Source: an uncultured Reyranella sp. (GTDB lineage Bacteria > Pseudomonadota > Alphaproteobacteria > Reyranellales > Reyranellaceae). From it: 64,000 nucleotides of DNA. A program made the translations under genes and the position numbers. Positions 49,524 to 59,923 of the stretch are shown here, piece after piece. Each line of letters begins with the position of its first letter. Position 1 is the stretch's first letter. The DNA lies in the NCBI GenBank assembly GCA_937915145.1, contig CALDNT010000059.1:3474-67473 (forward strand). The letters run 5' to 3'. Below the pieces are notes generated by a model, which made no database searches, was not told the origin of the DNA, and saw only the letters and a program-made list of their open reading frames with translations.

Positions 49524-51542
49524 TCAGACGTCCAGGTCGCGCGCGAATTTGGCGTTTTCCTGAATGAAGGCGTAGCGCTTCTCGGGCTTGCGGCCCATCA
49601 GGTCCTCGACCAGGGTCGACGTCCGCATGGCGTCGCGGCGGGCGTCGACATCGGCCGCAGTGGGAACATCGACCTTGAGCAGGACGCGCTTGGTGGGGTC
49701 CATCGTGGTCTCGCGCAGATGCGTCGACTGCATTTCGCCAAGCCCCTTGAAGCGCGTCATCTCGGCCTTGCCGCCGAATACGGTCCGCAGCAATTCGTCC
49801 TTCTGTTGCTCGTCGTGGGCATACTCGGTCCGGCCGCCCTTGCTCATGCGAAAGAGCGGCGGCTGGGCCAGGAAGAGATGGCCATTCTCGATGAGCTTCG
49901 GCGTCTCGCGATAGAAGAACGTCATCAGCAGCGCGGCGATGTGGGCGCCGTCTACGTCGGCGTCGGTCATGATGATGACGCGCTCGTAGCGCAGCCGGTC
50001 GTCGCTGTAGTGAGCGCCGGTGCCGCAGCCTAGCGCCTGGATGAGGTCCTGGATTTCCTGGTTCTCGCGCAGCTTGTCGGCGCTGGCGCTGGCGACATTC
50101 AGGATCTTGCCGCGCAACGGCAGGATCGCCTGGGTCTCGCGGTTGCGCGCGGCCTTGGCCGACCCGCCGGCCGAGTCGCCTTCGACCAGGAATATCTCGG
50201 TGCCGATCGATGCGGTGCTGCTGCAGTCGGCCAGTTTGCCGGGCAGGCGCAGCTTGCGCGTCGCGGTCTTGCGTTGCTGTTCGCGGTCCTGCTTGCGGCG
50301 CAGCCGTTCGTCGGCCTTGGCGATGACATGCTCGAGCAGGACGTTGCCGGCTTCCTTGTCGCCGGTCAGCCAGTGTTCGAAATTGTCGCCAACGATGGTT
50401 TCGACCAACTTGGTCGCCTCGACGCTGACCAGTTTTTCCTTGGTTTGTCCCTGGAACTGCGGCTGCTCGATGAACACCGACACCAGGCCGGCAGCGCCGT
50501 CGATCACGTCGTCAGCAGTGATGACCGATCCCTTGCGGTTGCCGGTAAGCTCGGCGTAGCGCCTGAGGCCACGCAGCAGGGCGCTGCGGAACCCCGACTC
50601 ATGGGTGCCGCCTTCGGCCGTCGGCACGGTGTTGCAGTAGGAGCGGACGAAGCCCTCCTCGTCGGTCGGCCACCAGACGGCCCATTCGACCTTGCCGCCG
50701 GCGGTACCGTTGGTTTCGCTCTTGGCCTCTCCGGCGAATGGCTGCGGCACGACGGTCGGTCGGTCGCCGATCTCGGATGTCAGGTAATCCTTCAAGCCGC
50801 CCGGAAAATGGAACGACTCCTCGGGCGACATCGTGCCACCCTTGGGCAACAGGGACGGTTCGCACTTCCAGCGGATTTCGACACCGCGGAACAGATACGC
50901 CTTGGAGCGCGCCATGCGATAGAGCCGCTCGGGAACGAAGAGCTGCTTGCCGAAAATTTCGGGGTCGGGATGGAACGTGACGGTCGTGCCGCGGCGGTTG
51001 GGCGCAGGCCCCGCCGACTTGAGCTTGGATGAGGGTTTGCCGCGGGAAAAAGTCTGTACCCAGGCTTGGCGGTCGCGCGCCACCTCGACGACAAGCTCGT
51101 CCGACAGGGCATTGACGACCGAAACGCCGACGCCGTGCAGGCCACCTGACGTGGCGTAGACCTTGCCGTTGAATTTGCCGCCCGAGTGCAGCGTCGTGAG
51201 AATGACCTCAAGTGCCGACTTGTTCTTGAATTTGGGATGCGGATCGACCGGAATGCCACGGCCGTTGTCGCGGACCAATATGCGATTGCCGGTGAGCAGT
51301 TCGAGATAGATCGTGTCGGCGTGACCCGCGACAGCTTCGTCCATCGCGTTGTCGAGCACCTCGGCCACGAGGTGATGCAGGGCGCGTTCGTCGGTGCCGC
51401 CGACATACATACCCGGGCGCTTGCGGACGGGTTCGAGGCCTTCCAGGACCTCGATGTCGCGGGCGGTGTAGGAGGTGTCCCTGGTCGCCGTGGCGCGCTT
51501 GCCGCCGCCCGACCGATCGAAAAGATCGCCGCTTTTTGCCAT
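49524..51542 (-). CDS. parE: DNA topoisomerase IV subunit B
   Basis: GHKL ATPase and Toprim motifs (LEGLEPVRKRPGMYVGG, LVEGDSAGGSAK, PLRGKILNV). At about 670 aa it lacks the GyrB-specific insertion. Start at ATG 51542. Confidence 0.85.
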   Translation of the reverse strand: MAKSGDLFDRSGGGKRATATRDTSYTARDIEVLEGLEPVRKRPGMYVGGTDERALHHLVAEVLDNAMDEAVAGHADTIYLELLTGNRILVRDNGRGIPVDPHPKFKNKSALEVILTTLHSGGKFNGKVYATSGGLHGVGVSVVNALSDELVVEVARDRQAWVQTFSRGKPSSKLKSAGPAPNRRGTTVTFHPDPEIFGKQLFVPERLYRMARSKAYLFRGVEIRWKCEPSLLPKGGTMSPEESFHFPGGLKDYLTSEIGDRPTVVPQPFAGEAKSETNGTAGGKVEWAVWWPTDEEGFVRSYCNTVPTAEGGTHESGFRSALLRGLRRYAELTGNRKGSVITADDVIDGAAGLVSVFIEQPQFQGQTKEKLVSVEATKLVETIVGDNFEHWLTGDKEAGNVLLEHVIAKADERLRRKQDREQQRKTATRKLRLPGKLADCSSTASIGTEIFLVEGDSAGGSAKAARNRETQAILPLRGKILNVASASADKLRENQEIQDLIQALGCGTGAHYSDDRLRYERVIIMTDADVDGAHIAALLMTFFYRETPKLIENGHLFLAQPPLFRMSKGGRTEYAHDEQQKDELLRTVFGGKAEMTRFKGLGEMQSTHLRETTMDPTKRVLLKVDVPTAADVDARRDAMRTSTLVEDLMGRKPEKRYAFIQENAKFARDLDV

Positions 51543-51649
51543 GGCCGCTTCTTGTCTTCCTGGCCGCGCGAGGGGATCGCTTGATGGCCGGTTCGTCATG
51601 GGTATGGTAGCAATAGCATGGAAAAGCAACCATATCCGGTGGTGAATTG

Positions 51650-52039
51650 ATGGCCGACATCCGCCGCGACCCGATCGTCCGAACGGTGCCGCACCCCGCC
51701 GACATGAACGGCAATGGCGACATTTTCGGCGGTTGGGTGCTGTCTCAAATGGATACGGCAGGCGGTGCAGTGGCCGCCCGTGTCGCCAAGGGCCGTGTCG
51801 CGACCGTGGCCATAACCGCGATGACCTTCGTTCAGCCGATCAAGGTCGGCGACCTCGTGTCGATCTATGGCGAGGTGACGAAAATCGGCCGAACATCGAT
51901 CACCGTCGCCCTGGAAACCGTCGTGCAACGGCGGCACGAAGCCATCGACATTCGTGTCACCCACGGCACCTACGTGTTCGTGGCGATCGACGACGACGGA
52001 AAACCGCGAGCGGTGCCGCCGCAGGTTGGCGCGGCATGA
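51650..52039 (+). CDS. acyl-CoA thioesterase (YciA-like hotdog fold)
   Basis: …P.D.N..G.IFGGW.LS.MD.AG...A.......V.TVA......F..P..VGD.V.…. Confidence 0.8.
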   Translation: MADIRRDPIVRTVPHPADMNGNGDIFGGWVLSQMDTAGGAVAARVAKGRVATVAITAMTFVQPIKVGDLVSIYGEVTKIGRTSITVALETVVQRRHEAIDIRVTHGTYVFVAIDDDGKPRAVPPQVGAA

Positions 52040-52710
52040 GGGCGCTTTGCGGACTGTTCCTGGTGCTTGCCGGGGCCCTGGTTCCCACCGTCGTGCTGGC
52101 GCATCCGCACATTTGGATCCAGGAAGTCGTGCGGATGGTGGCAAAGGACGGAAAATACACGCACGTCGAGATCGAGTGGCGCTTCGACCCGTTCTCCAGC
52201 GAGATCGAAATTCCGTTGATCGATGAGGACAAGGACGGAAAATTCTCGGCGCGCGAGACCAAGGTTCTCGCCGATGAAATGATGCCGGAACTGAAGAAGT
52301 ACGGATATCTGAGCTGGCTGAACACCGGCGGCAAGGATTTCCGCCCGCCCAAGCGGCCGGCCTTCTCGGCGAGGATCGACGATCCGGCGAGCTTCATCCC
52401 GCCGGAATGGGATCGCTCGGCCGGCGACAGCGCCGGAATGGCAATGCCGCAAAACAAGAAGGCTGCCCAGTCCGACGGACCACGCAAGAAGGGGCCGCGT
52501 AACCTGGTCTACGTCATGCGCTTCGAGCTGCCGGAGCCGAGCAAGTCGGTCTCCGTCGTGACCTACGATCCGGAGGATTTCATGCGGCTTGAGGTCGACA
52601 AGACGTCGGTGCCCGCCGGCTGCAGCCTGTCCACAAGCCAGGCGCACAAGACCGAGTTCATACGCGGGTATCCAGTCTTTGCGGATGTGGTGACATGCCG
52701 GCTTCCGTGA
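52036..52710 (+). CDS. DUF1007 family periplasmic protein (partner of NicO-type metal transporter)
   Basis: Signal peptide then AHPHIWI... typical of the DUF1007 N-terminus. ATG 52036 overlaps the thioesterase stop (ATGA). Confidence 0.7.
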   Translation: MRALCGLFLVLAGALVPTVVLAHPHIWIQEVVRMVAKDGKYTHVEIEWRFDPFSSEIEIPLIDEDKDGKFSARETKVLADEMMPELKKYGYLSWLNTGGKDFRPPKRPAFSARIDDPASFIPPEWDRSAGDSAGMAMPQNKKAAQSDGPRKKGPRNLVYVMRFELPEPSKSVSVVTYDPEDFMRLEVDKTSVPAGCSLSTSQAHKTEFIRGYPVFADVVTCRLP

Positions 52711-53627
52711 AGACGGCTGTTCTTCGTTCGCCTTTCCTCTGGATCGGCCTGCTGCTCCTGCTGGCGCTGATCGGCGCGTTGGTGTTCAGCGACGGCGTTG
52801 CCGATCTGGCGCGGTATTCGGCGGAGTACCAGCGCCGGATCCAGCACGCGCTGTCGACATCGCTGCGCGACGTTCAGTCCGGCTCGGGGTCGCTGGCCCT
52901 GTGGACCCTCACGAGCGTCTGCTTCGGATACGGTGTGGTCCATACGCTGGGGCCGGGACATGGCAAGGCGGTCGTCGTGGCGTATTTCCTCGACAGCACC
53001 AAGCCGCGGGCCTGGATCGAAGGCATTTTCGCCGGCGCCTGGATCGCCTTTACCCACACGCTTGCCGCGCTTCTGCTCGCGGCGGCGCTCAAGTTTTTCT
53101 ACAGTGTCGGCCTGCTGGGAGCATTGCGCGAAGTGCGCAATGTCGAAGTCGTCTCGTACGTTCTTATTCTGCTGGTTGGCTTCTGGAGATTGTGGGCCGG
53201 GCTGACCGGGCGCCTGCACGAACATTCCCACGGCAAGGGACATGACCACGCCCATCACGATCACAGCCATGGCGGGCACGACCACCATCATGGCGACCAC
53301 GATGCGCTGCCCCGCCGCACAATCGCCGGCTGGCTGCTGCTGACGGCCGCCGGCATCGCCCCCTGTGCAGGGGCGTTGGTCGTGATCCTGCTCTCGGTGG
53401 CACTCGGCGTCTTGTGGGCTGGCGTGATCGGCGTCCTGGCTATCGCCCTCGGCATGGCGATTACCCTGGCGGCCATCGGTATGGCGTCGATGGTCGCGCA
53501 CCGACTGATCATCGGCGACGGCCGTTCGCAAGCGATCGGCCGTGCCACCTCGATCGTCGCCTCGCTGATCGTGATCGCGACAGCGGGAACGCTGTTGCTG
53601 GGCGCCCTCGAACGCTTCATCCGCTGA
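52695..53627 (+). CDS. nickel/cobalt transporter, NicO/RcnA family
   Basis: Signature HTLGPGHGKAVV in TM2 and a His-rich loop HEHSHGKGHDHAHHDHSHGGHDHHHGDHD. Confidence 0.8.
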   Translation: MPASVKTAVLRSPFLWIGLLLLLALIGALVFSDGVADLARYSAEYQRRIQHALSTSLRDVQSGSGSLALWTLTSVCFGYGVVHTLGPGHGKAVVVAYFLDSTKPRAWIEGIFAGAWIAFTHTLAALLLAAALKFFYSVGLLGALREVRNVEVVSYVLILLVGFWRLWAGLTGRLHEHSHGKGHDHAHHDHSHGGHDHHHGDHDALPRRTIAGWLLLTAAGIAPCAGALVVILLSVALGVLWAGVIGVLAIALGMAITLAAIGMASMVAHRLIIGDGRSQAIGRATSIVASLIVIATAGTLLLGALERFIR

Positions 53628-53636
53628 AGATCGTCG

Positions 53637-54527
53637 ATGGCTGGAATTACGGCACCGAGCCGGTCATCCCGGCCCATGCTCGGCGTACTCTTCATGTGCG
53701 CGGCCTGCGCCCTGTTTCCGGTCATGAACGGGATCGTCAAGCTCCTGGCCGAGACCTATGACCCCAAGCAGATCGTCTGGTTTCGCATCGTTTCGCACCT
53801 GGTGCTGGTAGCCGCGGTATTCGGGCCGCACATGGGACTGGGCCTGTTGCGCACGCGGCGGATCGGCACGCAGTTCGTGAGTTCTGTGATGATGCTGCTC
53901 TCGACGCTGTTCTTTTTTTCGGCGGTCAAATACGTGCCGGTCGCCGAGGCGATCGCCGTTACCTTCGTGGCACCACTCGCCGTCGTGCTGCTTGCCTGGC
54001 CGCTGCTCGGCGAGCGCATCACCTTGTTCCGTCTGGCCGTCGTGGTCATCGGATTCTGCGGCGTTCTGATCGTGATCCGTCCGGGCAGCGCGGTCTTTCA
54101 GTGGGCGTCAGTGCTGCTGCTGTGCAGTGCCATGTGCTACGCGACCTACCAGATCCTGATCCGGCGCCTGGCCGGGATCGATCAGCCCGCGACGTCGATT
54201 TTCTACAGCGTTCTGCTGGGTGCGATCCTGATGTCTCTTTGGCTGCCGTTTGTCTGGAAAATGCCCACCGCCTGGAGCGACTGGGCATTGCTCTGTTCCC
54301 TGGGGCTTTTCGGGGCGCTGGGTCACTACTGCGTAGCCAAAGCCATGACCTACGCCTCGGCAAATTTCGTGGCGCCATTCAACTACACGCAGATGATAGG
54401 CTCGGTCATCGTAGGCTACTTCATGTTCGCCGAGGTGCCGGACTTCTACACCTGGCTCGGCACGGCGGTCGTTGTCGGTGCAGGCCTCATGGTCGGCTGG
54501 CAAGGCAGGCGGACGTCCAAGGTCTGA
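53637..54527 (+). CDS. DMT-superfamily (EamA-like) transporter
   Basis: Ten-TM-type protein with duplicated EamA halves. Confidence 0.75.
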   Translation: MAGITAPSRSSRPMLGVLFMCAACALFPVMNGIVKLLAETYDPKQIVWFRIVSHLVLVAAVFGPHMGLGLLRTRRIGTQFVSSVMMLLSTLFFFSAVKYVPVAEAIAVTFVAPLAVVLLAWPLLGERITLFRLAVVVIGFCGVLIVIRPGSAVFQWASVLLLCSAMCYATYQILIRRLAGIDQPATSIFYSVLLGAILMSLWLPFVWKMPTAWSDWALLCSLGLFGALGHYCVAKAMTYASANFVAPFNYTQMIGSVIVGYFMFAEVPDFYTWLGTAVVVGAGLMVGWQGRRTSKV

Positions 54528-54537
54528 GGAGAGCTCC

Positions 54538-55461
54538 ATGCCTTATCTCGTCGCCGCCGATTTGCCGGCGATATCAGCCGGTACGCGATTCCGGACCCTG
54601 CTCGACCGACCGGGCATCGTGCAGATGCCGGGTGCCCACAATGGCATGGCAGCACTGCAGGCCCGGGCCACCGGCTTCGAAGCGCTCTATCTGTCCGGGG
54701 CGGCGATGTCGGCGTCCATGGGCCTGCCCGACCTCGGCGTCATCACGGTCGACGAGGTCTGCTTCTTCATCCGCCAGATCGTCCGCGCATCGGGCTTGCC
54801 GTTGCTGGTCGATGGCGACACCGGCTACGGCGAGGCGCTGAACGTCATGCATATGGTTCGTGCCTTCGAGGAAGCCGGTGCGGCCGCGGTCCATATCGAA
54901 GACCAGATCCTTCCCAAGAAGTGCGGTCATCTCAACAACAAGAAGCTTGCCGATCCAGACGACATGGCCGCCAAGGTTCATGCCGCGTCACGTGCGCGCC
55001 GCGATCTGTTCATCATCGCCCGCACCGATGCAGCGGCAAGTGAAGGAATCGACGGTGCCGTGGTGCGCGCCCGGAAATACGTCGAAGCCGGCGCCGATGC
55101 GATTTTCCCCGAGGCGCTGGACAACGCAGAGATGTTTCGCGCCTTTGCCTCGGCGATGCCCGGCGTGAAGCTGCTGGCCAACATGACCGAGTTTGGCCGC
55201 ACGCCGTTCTTCACGGCCAGCGAGTTCGAGGCGATGGGCTACCGGATGGTGATCTGGCCGGTCTCCTCGCTCCGGGTAGCGAACAAGGCACAGGAAAAAC
55301 TGTTCACCGCGCTCATACGCGACGGTGGCACGCAGAACGTCGTCGACCAGATGCAGACGCGCCAGGAACTCTACGACACGATCGGCTATCACGACTACGA
55401 GGCGCTCGACGCCTCGATCGTCGAGACGATCGTGCCGCAAGGCATGCCGCAGCGCGACTGA
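54538..55461 (+). CDS. prpB: methylisocitrate lyase (isocitrate lyase/PEP mutase family)
   Basis: LLVDGDTGYG, HIEDQ..PKKCGH, ARTDA, ANMTEFG.TP.F and MQTRQELYDTIGYHDYE follow the PrpB pattern closely. ATG 54538 is preceded by GAGGAGAG. Confidence 0.8.
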   Translation: MPYLVAADLPAISAGTRFRTLLDRPGIVQMPGAHNGMAALQARATGFEALYLSGAAMSASMGLPDLGVITVDEVCFFIRQIVRASGLPLLVDGDTGYGEALNVMHMVRAFEEAGAAAVHIEDQILPKKCGHLNNKKLADPDDMAAKVHAASRARRDLFIIARTDAAASEGIDGAVVRARKYVEAGADAIFPEALDNAEMFRAFASAMPGVKLLANMTEFGRTPFFTASEFEAMGYRMVIWPVSSLRVANKAQEKLFTALIRDGGTQNVVDQMQTRQELYDTIGYHDYEALDASIVETIVPQGMPQRD

Positions 55462-55464
55462 CGC

Positions 55465-56871
55465 TCAGAGCCCCAGCGTGGAGAGATCGGGTGCCTGGCG
55501 GTGATGATCCGTCGCATCCTGGAAAGCCTTGCCCAATCTCAGAACGTCGCGCTCGGCAAACGGCTTGCCGACGATCTGAATGCCGAGCGGCAGGCCAGCC
55601 GACTGACCGCTCGGCATGGCGAGGCTGCAGAGGCCGAGGTAGTTCGCCGGACGTGTCAGATAACCCGGGATTGGCGAGGTCTCATCGACCTCGGAGAGCG
55701 GAATCGCCGGCAAGGCCATGGTCGGCATCAGGATGGCGTCGTGAGGTCGGAACCACTCGGCGAACGCCTGGCGGCGTTCGGCCATATTGCGCAACTCCTC
55801 GGCATAGGCACCGGGAAGCAGGGTCTTGGCCTGCAGTGCTCGCGCCCGCACGCCGGGCCCGATCGCCTTGCGGGCGTCTTCGATATAGTCGCGATGAAGC
55901 GAATAGGCCTCAGAGGCGATGATCGTCCCGGCCGGCCGCGAGAGGTCGAAGAACCAGTCGGGGAGCCGCACCGCCTCGACCGTGGCGCCGAGGCTCTCGA
56001 ATGTCCGTCCCGCGGCTTGCCAGGACTTGACCACGTCGGCGTGCATGAAGTTCGGCAGCTGCCGGGTATCCGGCATGGCGATCCGTAGCCCCTCGATAGA
56101 GCCCGGCCGGGTGGCGAGCGTAAAATCCTCCAGTGGCTGGCCGAGTGTCGTCGGGTCGCGCGGGTCGGGGGCGGCGAGGGCATTCAGTAGGAGCGCGCAG
56201 TCCTCGACGCAGCGCGCCAGCGGACCGATCGAATCGAGCGTCCAGCTCAACAGTATGGTGCCGGACAATCCAATACGGCCGAACGTGGCCTTGAGGCCGA
56301 CCAGGCCGTTGAAGGCCGACGGAATACGCACCGAACCTCCGGTGTCACTTCCGATGCCGGCAGGCGTCAGCCGAGCTGCGACTGCAACGCCGGTGCCGCT
56401 CGAAGAGCCACCCGCGATGCGATGGGTCTCGAGGTCCCATGGATTCCAGGGTGCTCCCATCAGCGGATTGGTACCCCAGCCGCCGAAGGCGAATTCCACC
56501 ATATGCAGCTTGCCGAGCGGCACCATGCCGGCTGCGGTGAGGCGTTCCACCGTGTTGGAGGTCTCGGTCGCGACCCGCGCCTCGAACATCTTCGAGCCGC
56601 CGGTGCCGACTTTGCCGGCGATGTCGCAGAGGTCCTTGTAGGCAATCGGCAGGCCATGGAGTGGCCCGAGCGGGAACCCCGAAGCACGGGCCTGATCGGC
56701 AGCATCGGCCAAAGCCTGGGCCTCGGCGGCGTAGACCTCGATGAAGGCATGAAGCTTGTCGTTGGCCTTGGCGATGCGACCGAGCAGAGCGTCGGCGATC
56801 TCGCGCGATGAAAAGCGCTTCGCGGCCAGGCCGGCCGAAAGTTCGGTCAGTGTCAGTGTATGCAGGGTCAT
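55465..56871 (-). CDS. amidase (amidase-signature family)
   Basis: AS-family motif GGSSSGTGVAVAARL...GSDTGGSVRIPSAFNG. Confidence 0.85.
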   Translation of the reverse strand: MTLHTLTLTELSAGLAAKRFSSREIADALLGRIAKANDKLHAFIEVYAAEAQALADAADQARASGFPLGPLHGLPIAYKDLCDIAGKVGTGGSKMFEARVATETSNTVERLTAAGMVPLGKLHMVEFAFGGWGTNPLMGAPWNPWDLETHRIAGGSSSGTGVAVAARLTPAGIGSDTGGSVRIPSAFNGLVGLKATFGRIGLSGTILLSWTLDSIGPLARCVEDCALLLNALAAPDPRDPTTLGQPLEDFTLATRPGSIEGLRIAMPDTRQLPNFMHADVVKSWQAAGRTFESLGATVEAVRLPDWFFDLSRPAGTIIASEAYSLHRDYIEDARKAIGPGVRARALQAKTLLPGAYAEELRNMAERRQAFAEWFRPHDAILMPTMALPAIPLSEVDETSPIPGYLTRPANYLGLCSLAMPSGQSAGLPLGIQIVGKPFAERDVLRLGKAFQDATDHHRQAPDLSTLGL

Positions 56872-56886
56872 TTCAATAGGCCGCCG

Positions 56887-57630
56887 TTAGTAGGTTGCTC
56901 GCCCGCCGGAGAGATCGAAGGTTGCACCGGTTGCGAAAGTGCAGAGGCCGGAAGCCAGCCACGCGACCATCTCGGCCACTTCGTCCACTTCGCCGAAGCG
57001 GTTCATCGGAATCTTCGACAGCATGTATTGGATGTGCTGCTCAGTCATCTGGCTGAACAGCTCGGTCTTGACCACTGCTGGTGCCACGCAATTCACCAGC
57101 ACGCCGGTGGTCGCAAGTTCCTTGCCAAGAGACTTGGTGAAGCCGATGACACCCGCCTTGGAGGCGGAATAGGCTGAGGCGTTGGGGTTACCTTCCTTGC
57201 CGGCGACCGAAGCGATGTTGACGATCCGGCCCCAGCCGCGCTTGGCCATTCCGCCCGCCACGGCCCGGTTGCAGAGGAACACCCCGGTGAGGTTGATGTC
57301 GATCACCTGCCGCCACGCATCGACGGGGTAGGCGGCGACGGCGGTATTTGGACCTGTGATGCCGGCACTTGCCACCAGCACATCGGGCGGTGCCAGCTGC
57401 TTCTCGGTGGCGGCCAGTGCGTCGTTGATCGAGTCCTCGCTGGTCACATCGACCTGGATGGCAACCGCGCCCGCCAAGGCAGCCGCTGATTTCTCGGCCT
57501 GTGCCAGGTCGCGGTCCCAAAGCGCGACGCGGCCACCGCCGGCGGTGATTTTCGCCGCGCAGGCAAGACCGATCCCACGTGCGCCGCCGGTGACGACCGC
57601 CGTCCGGCCCTTGAACAACTCCGCCTGCAT
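56887..57630 (-). CDS. SDR-family oxidoreductase (FabG-like)
   Basis: TGGARGIG, NASAYSASKAG, 247 aa. Confidence 0.85.
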   Translation of the reverse strand: MQAELFKGRTAVVTGGARGIGLACAAKITAGGGRVALWDRDLAQAEKSAAALAGAVAIQVDVTSEDSINDALAATEKQLAPPDVLVASAGITGPNTAVAAYPVDAWRQVIDINLTGVFLCNRAVAGGMAKRGWGRIVNIASVAGKEGNPNASAYSASKAGVIGFTKSLGKELATTGVLVNCVAPAVVKTELFSQMTEQHIQYMLSKIPMNRFGEVDEVAEMVAWLASGLCTFATGATFDLSGGRATY

Positions 57631-57740
57631 ACCAGCCTCCCAGATGCCCGAATTTCCGGGCGATTCCTACCATATCGGCGCACGGCTCCATCCGCTACAC
57701 TGGCGGCTCACCATCCCTCCAGCGTATCTCCAGGAGTTGC

Positions 57741-58664
57741 ATGTCCTCCGCCACGCCGGCATCGATCGACGCCACCCTCGATCTTCTGAAGAGCGGCGAC
57801 TACATCGCCGACCGCAGCCTCGCCACGGTTCTGTACCTCGCCTTGAAACTTGGCCGTCCGCTGTTCTGCGAAGGCGAAGCGGGCGTCGGCAAGACCGAGA
57901 TTGCCAAGGTGCTGGCGACGGCACTCAAGCGTCCTCTGATTCGCCTGCAGTGCTATGAAGGGCTCGACGTCTCGTCGGCGGTCTATGAGTGGAACTACGC
58001 ACGGCAGATGATCGAGATCCGGCTTGCCGAAGCGCAGGGTGTGCATGATCGCGGTCAGCTGGCAGCCGATATTTTCGACGAACGGTTCCTGATTCGCCGC
58101 CCGCTGCTCGAGGCCCTCAGCCCGCACGCGGAAGGAGCGCCGATCCTTCTGATCGACGAACTGGACCGCACCGATGAGCCCTTCGAGGCTTACCTGCTCG
58201 AAATCCTGTCCGACTTCCAGGTGACGATCCCCGAACTCGGAACGATCAAGGCTGCACAAACGCCAATCGTGATCGTGACTTCCAATCGCACACGCGAAAT
58301 CCACGACGCGCTGAAGCGCCGCTGCTTCTATCACTGGGTCGACTATCCCGACCTCAAACGCGAACTCGAGATCCTCAAGGTCAAGGCGCCGGGTGCGGGT
58401 GAGCGTTTGTCGCGTCAGGTCGTCGGCTTCGTGCAGGAGTTGCGCAAGCTCGACCTCTTCAAGGCACCAGGCGTTGCCGAGTCGATCGATTGGGCCACGG
58501 CGCTGTCGGAATTGAACACGCTCGACCTCGATCCCCGGACGATCAACGATACCCTGGGCGTGCTGCTGAAGTACCAGGACGACATCCAGCGCCTGCAGGG
58601 TTCGGAAGCGGCCGAAATCCTGCGCAAGGTGAAGTCCGACATCGCCGCCCAGCCGCTGGTCTGA
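57741..58664 (+). CDS. MoxR-family AAA+ ATPase (CoxD-like)
   Basis: Walker A CEGEAGVGKTE and Walker B ILLIDELDR. Length about 300 aa. Followed by a CoxE-like VWA gene. Confidence 0.85.
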   Translation: MSSATPASIDATLDLLKSGDYIADRSLATVLYLALKLGRPLFCEGEAGVGKTEIAKVLATALKRPLIRLQCYEGLDVSSAVYEWNYARQMIEIRLAEAQGVHDRGQLAADIFDERFLIRRPLLEALSPHAEGAPILLIDELDRTDEPFEAYLLEILSDFQVTIPELGTIKAAQTPIVIVTSNRTREIHDALKRRCFYHWVDYPDLKRELEILKVKAPGAGERLSRQVVGFVQELRKLDLFKAPGVAESIDWATALSELNTLDLDPRTINDTLGVLLKYQDDIQRLQGSEAAEILRKVKSDIAAQPLV

Positions 58665-58673
58665 CGCCAGGCG

Positions 58674-59918
58674 ATGGACTCGCTGCCCGATCCCGCCCCC
58701 GATCCACGCGGAGGCAAGCTCGCCACCAACATCGTGCATTTCGCCCGCACGCTGCGGACAGCGGGGTTGCGTGTCGGTCCGGGGCAGATCCTGCGGGCAA
58801 TCGAAGCCGTGGAAGCGGCGGGCCTGCGCAAGCGCGACGATTTTTACTGGACCCTTCATTCGGTGTTCGTGAACCGCCGGGACCAGCGCGAGATCTTCGA
58901 CCAGGCGTTCCATGTCTACTGGCGCAATCCGCGGCTACTGGAAAAGATGATGGAGATGCTGCTGCCGCAGGTCGGGTTGCCGGCCGATCAGGACGACCGC
59001 AAGCAACTGAGCCGCCGACTTCAGGAGGCGCTGCAGCCGGGCCGGGGAGAGGCACCGGTCGATGAAGACGAGCCGCCGGAGGTCGAAGTCGAGGCGACCT
59101 TCACCGTATCCGATCGCGAAGTCCTGCAGCACAAGGACTTCGAGCAAATGTCGCAGGCCGAGATCGACGATGCGCTGCGCGCGATCTCGCGACTGCGACT
59201 GCCGGTACCGGAGCGGCGAACCCGCCGATACCGGGCAGCGCGACGCGGACCCCGGGTGGACTTTCGTGCCTCGCTGCGCCGGGCGCTGCGGCCGGAAGGC
59301 CTGACCGAACTGCGCCGCCGCGAGCCGCGCCGGCGGCCGCCGCCACTGGTGATCCTGTGCGATATTTCCGGTTCGATGGCGCGCTACACCCGCATGTTTT
59401 TGCATTTCATGCACACCATCACCAACGACCGTGACCGGGTTTACTGCTTTACCTTCGGCACGCGCCTGACCAACGTGACCCGATCGTTGCGCAACCGCGA
59501 CATCGATATCGCACTTCAAAAGGCATCGGGACAGGTCGAGGATTGGTCGGGCGGCACGCGCATCGGCCAGTCGCTGCACGATTTCAACAACAAGTGGTCG
59601 CGCCGGGTGCTGGGGCAGGGCGCCGTGGTCGTGCTGATAACCGACGGCCTCGACCGCGACGGCGGCAGCGGGCTCAAGACGGAAATGGAGCGGCTGCATA
59701 AATCCTGCTCCCGCCTGGTTTGGCTGAACCCGCTCTTGCGCTACGGTGCCTACGAACCCAAGTCTCAGGGCAACAAGGCCATGTTGCCCCATGTCGATGA
59801 ATTTCGTCCGGTGCACAATCTCGAGAGTCTGGCCGGACTGATCGCGGCGCTCGGGGCGGTTACCCCCGGCGCCGACAGGCGGTTGGCCACGTGGCAAACG
59901 GAACTGCGCAAGGAGTAG
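58674..59918 (+). CDS. VWA domain-containing CoxE-like protein
   Basis: MIDAS-type LVILCDISGSM, with a CoxE-like N-terminal region. Confidence 0.8.
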   Translation: MDSLPDPAPDPRGGKLATNIVHFARTLRTAGLRVGPGQILRAIEAVEAAGLRKRDDFYWTLHSVFVNRRDQREIFDQAFHVYWRNPRLLEKMMEMLLPQVGLPADQDDRKQLSRRLQEALQPGRGEAPVDEDEPPEVEVEATFTVSDREVLQHKDFEQMSQAEIDDALRAISRLRLPVPERRTRRYRAARRGPRVDFRASLRRALRPEGLTELRRREPRRRPPPLVILCDISGSMARYTRMFLHFMHTITNDRDRVYCFTFGTRLTNVTRSLRNRDIDIALQKASGQVEDWSGGTRIGQSLHDFNNKWSRRVLGQGAVVVLITDGLDRDGGSGLKTEMERLHKSCSRLVWLNPLLRYGAYEPKSQGNKAMLPHVDEFRPVHNLESLAGLIAALGAVTPGADRRLATWQTELRKE

Positions 59919-59923
59919 GGACC

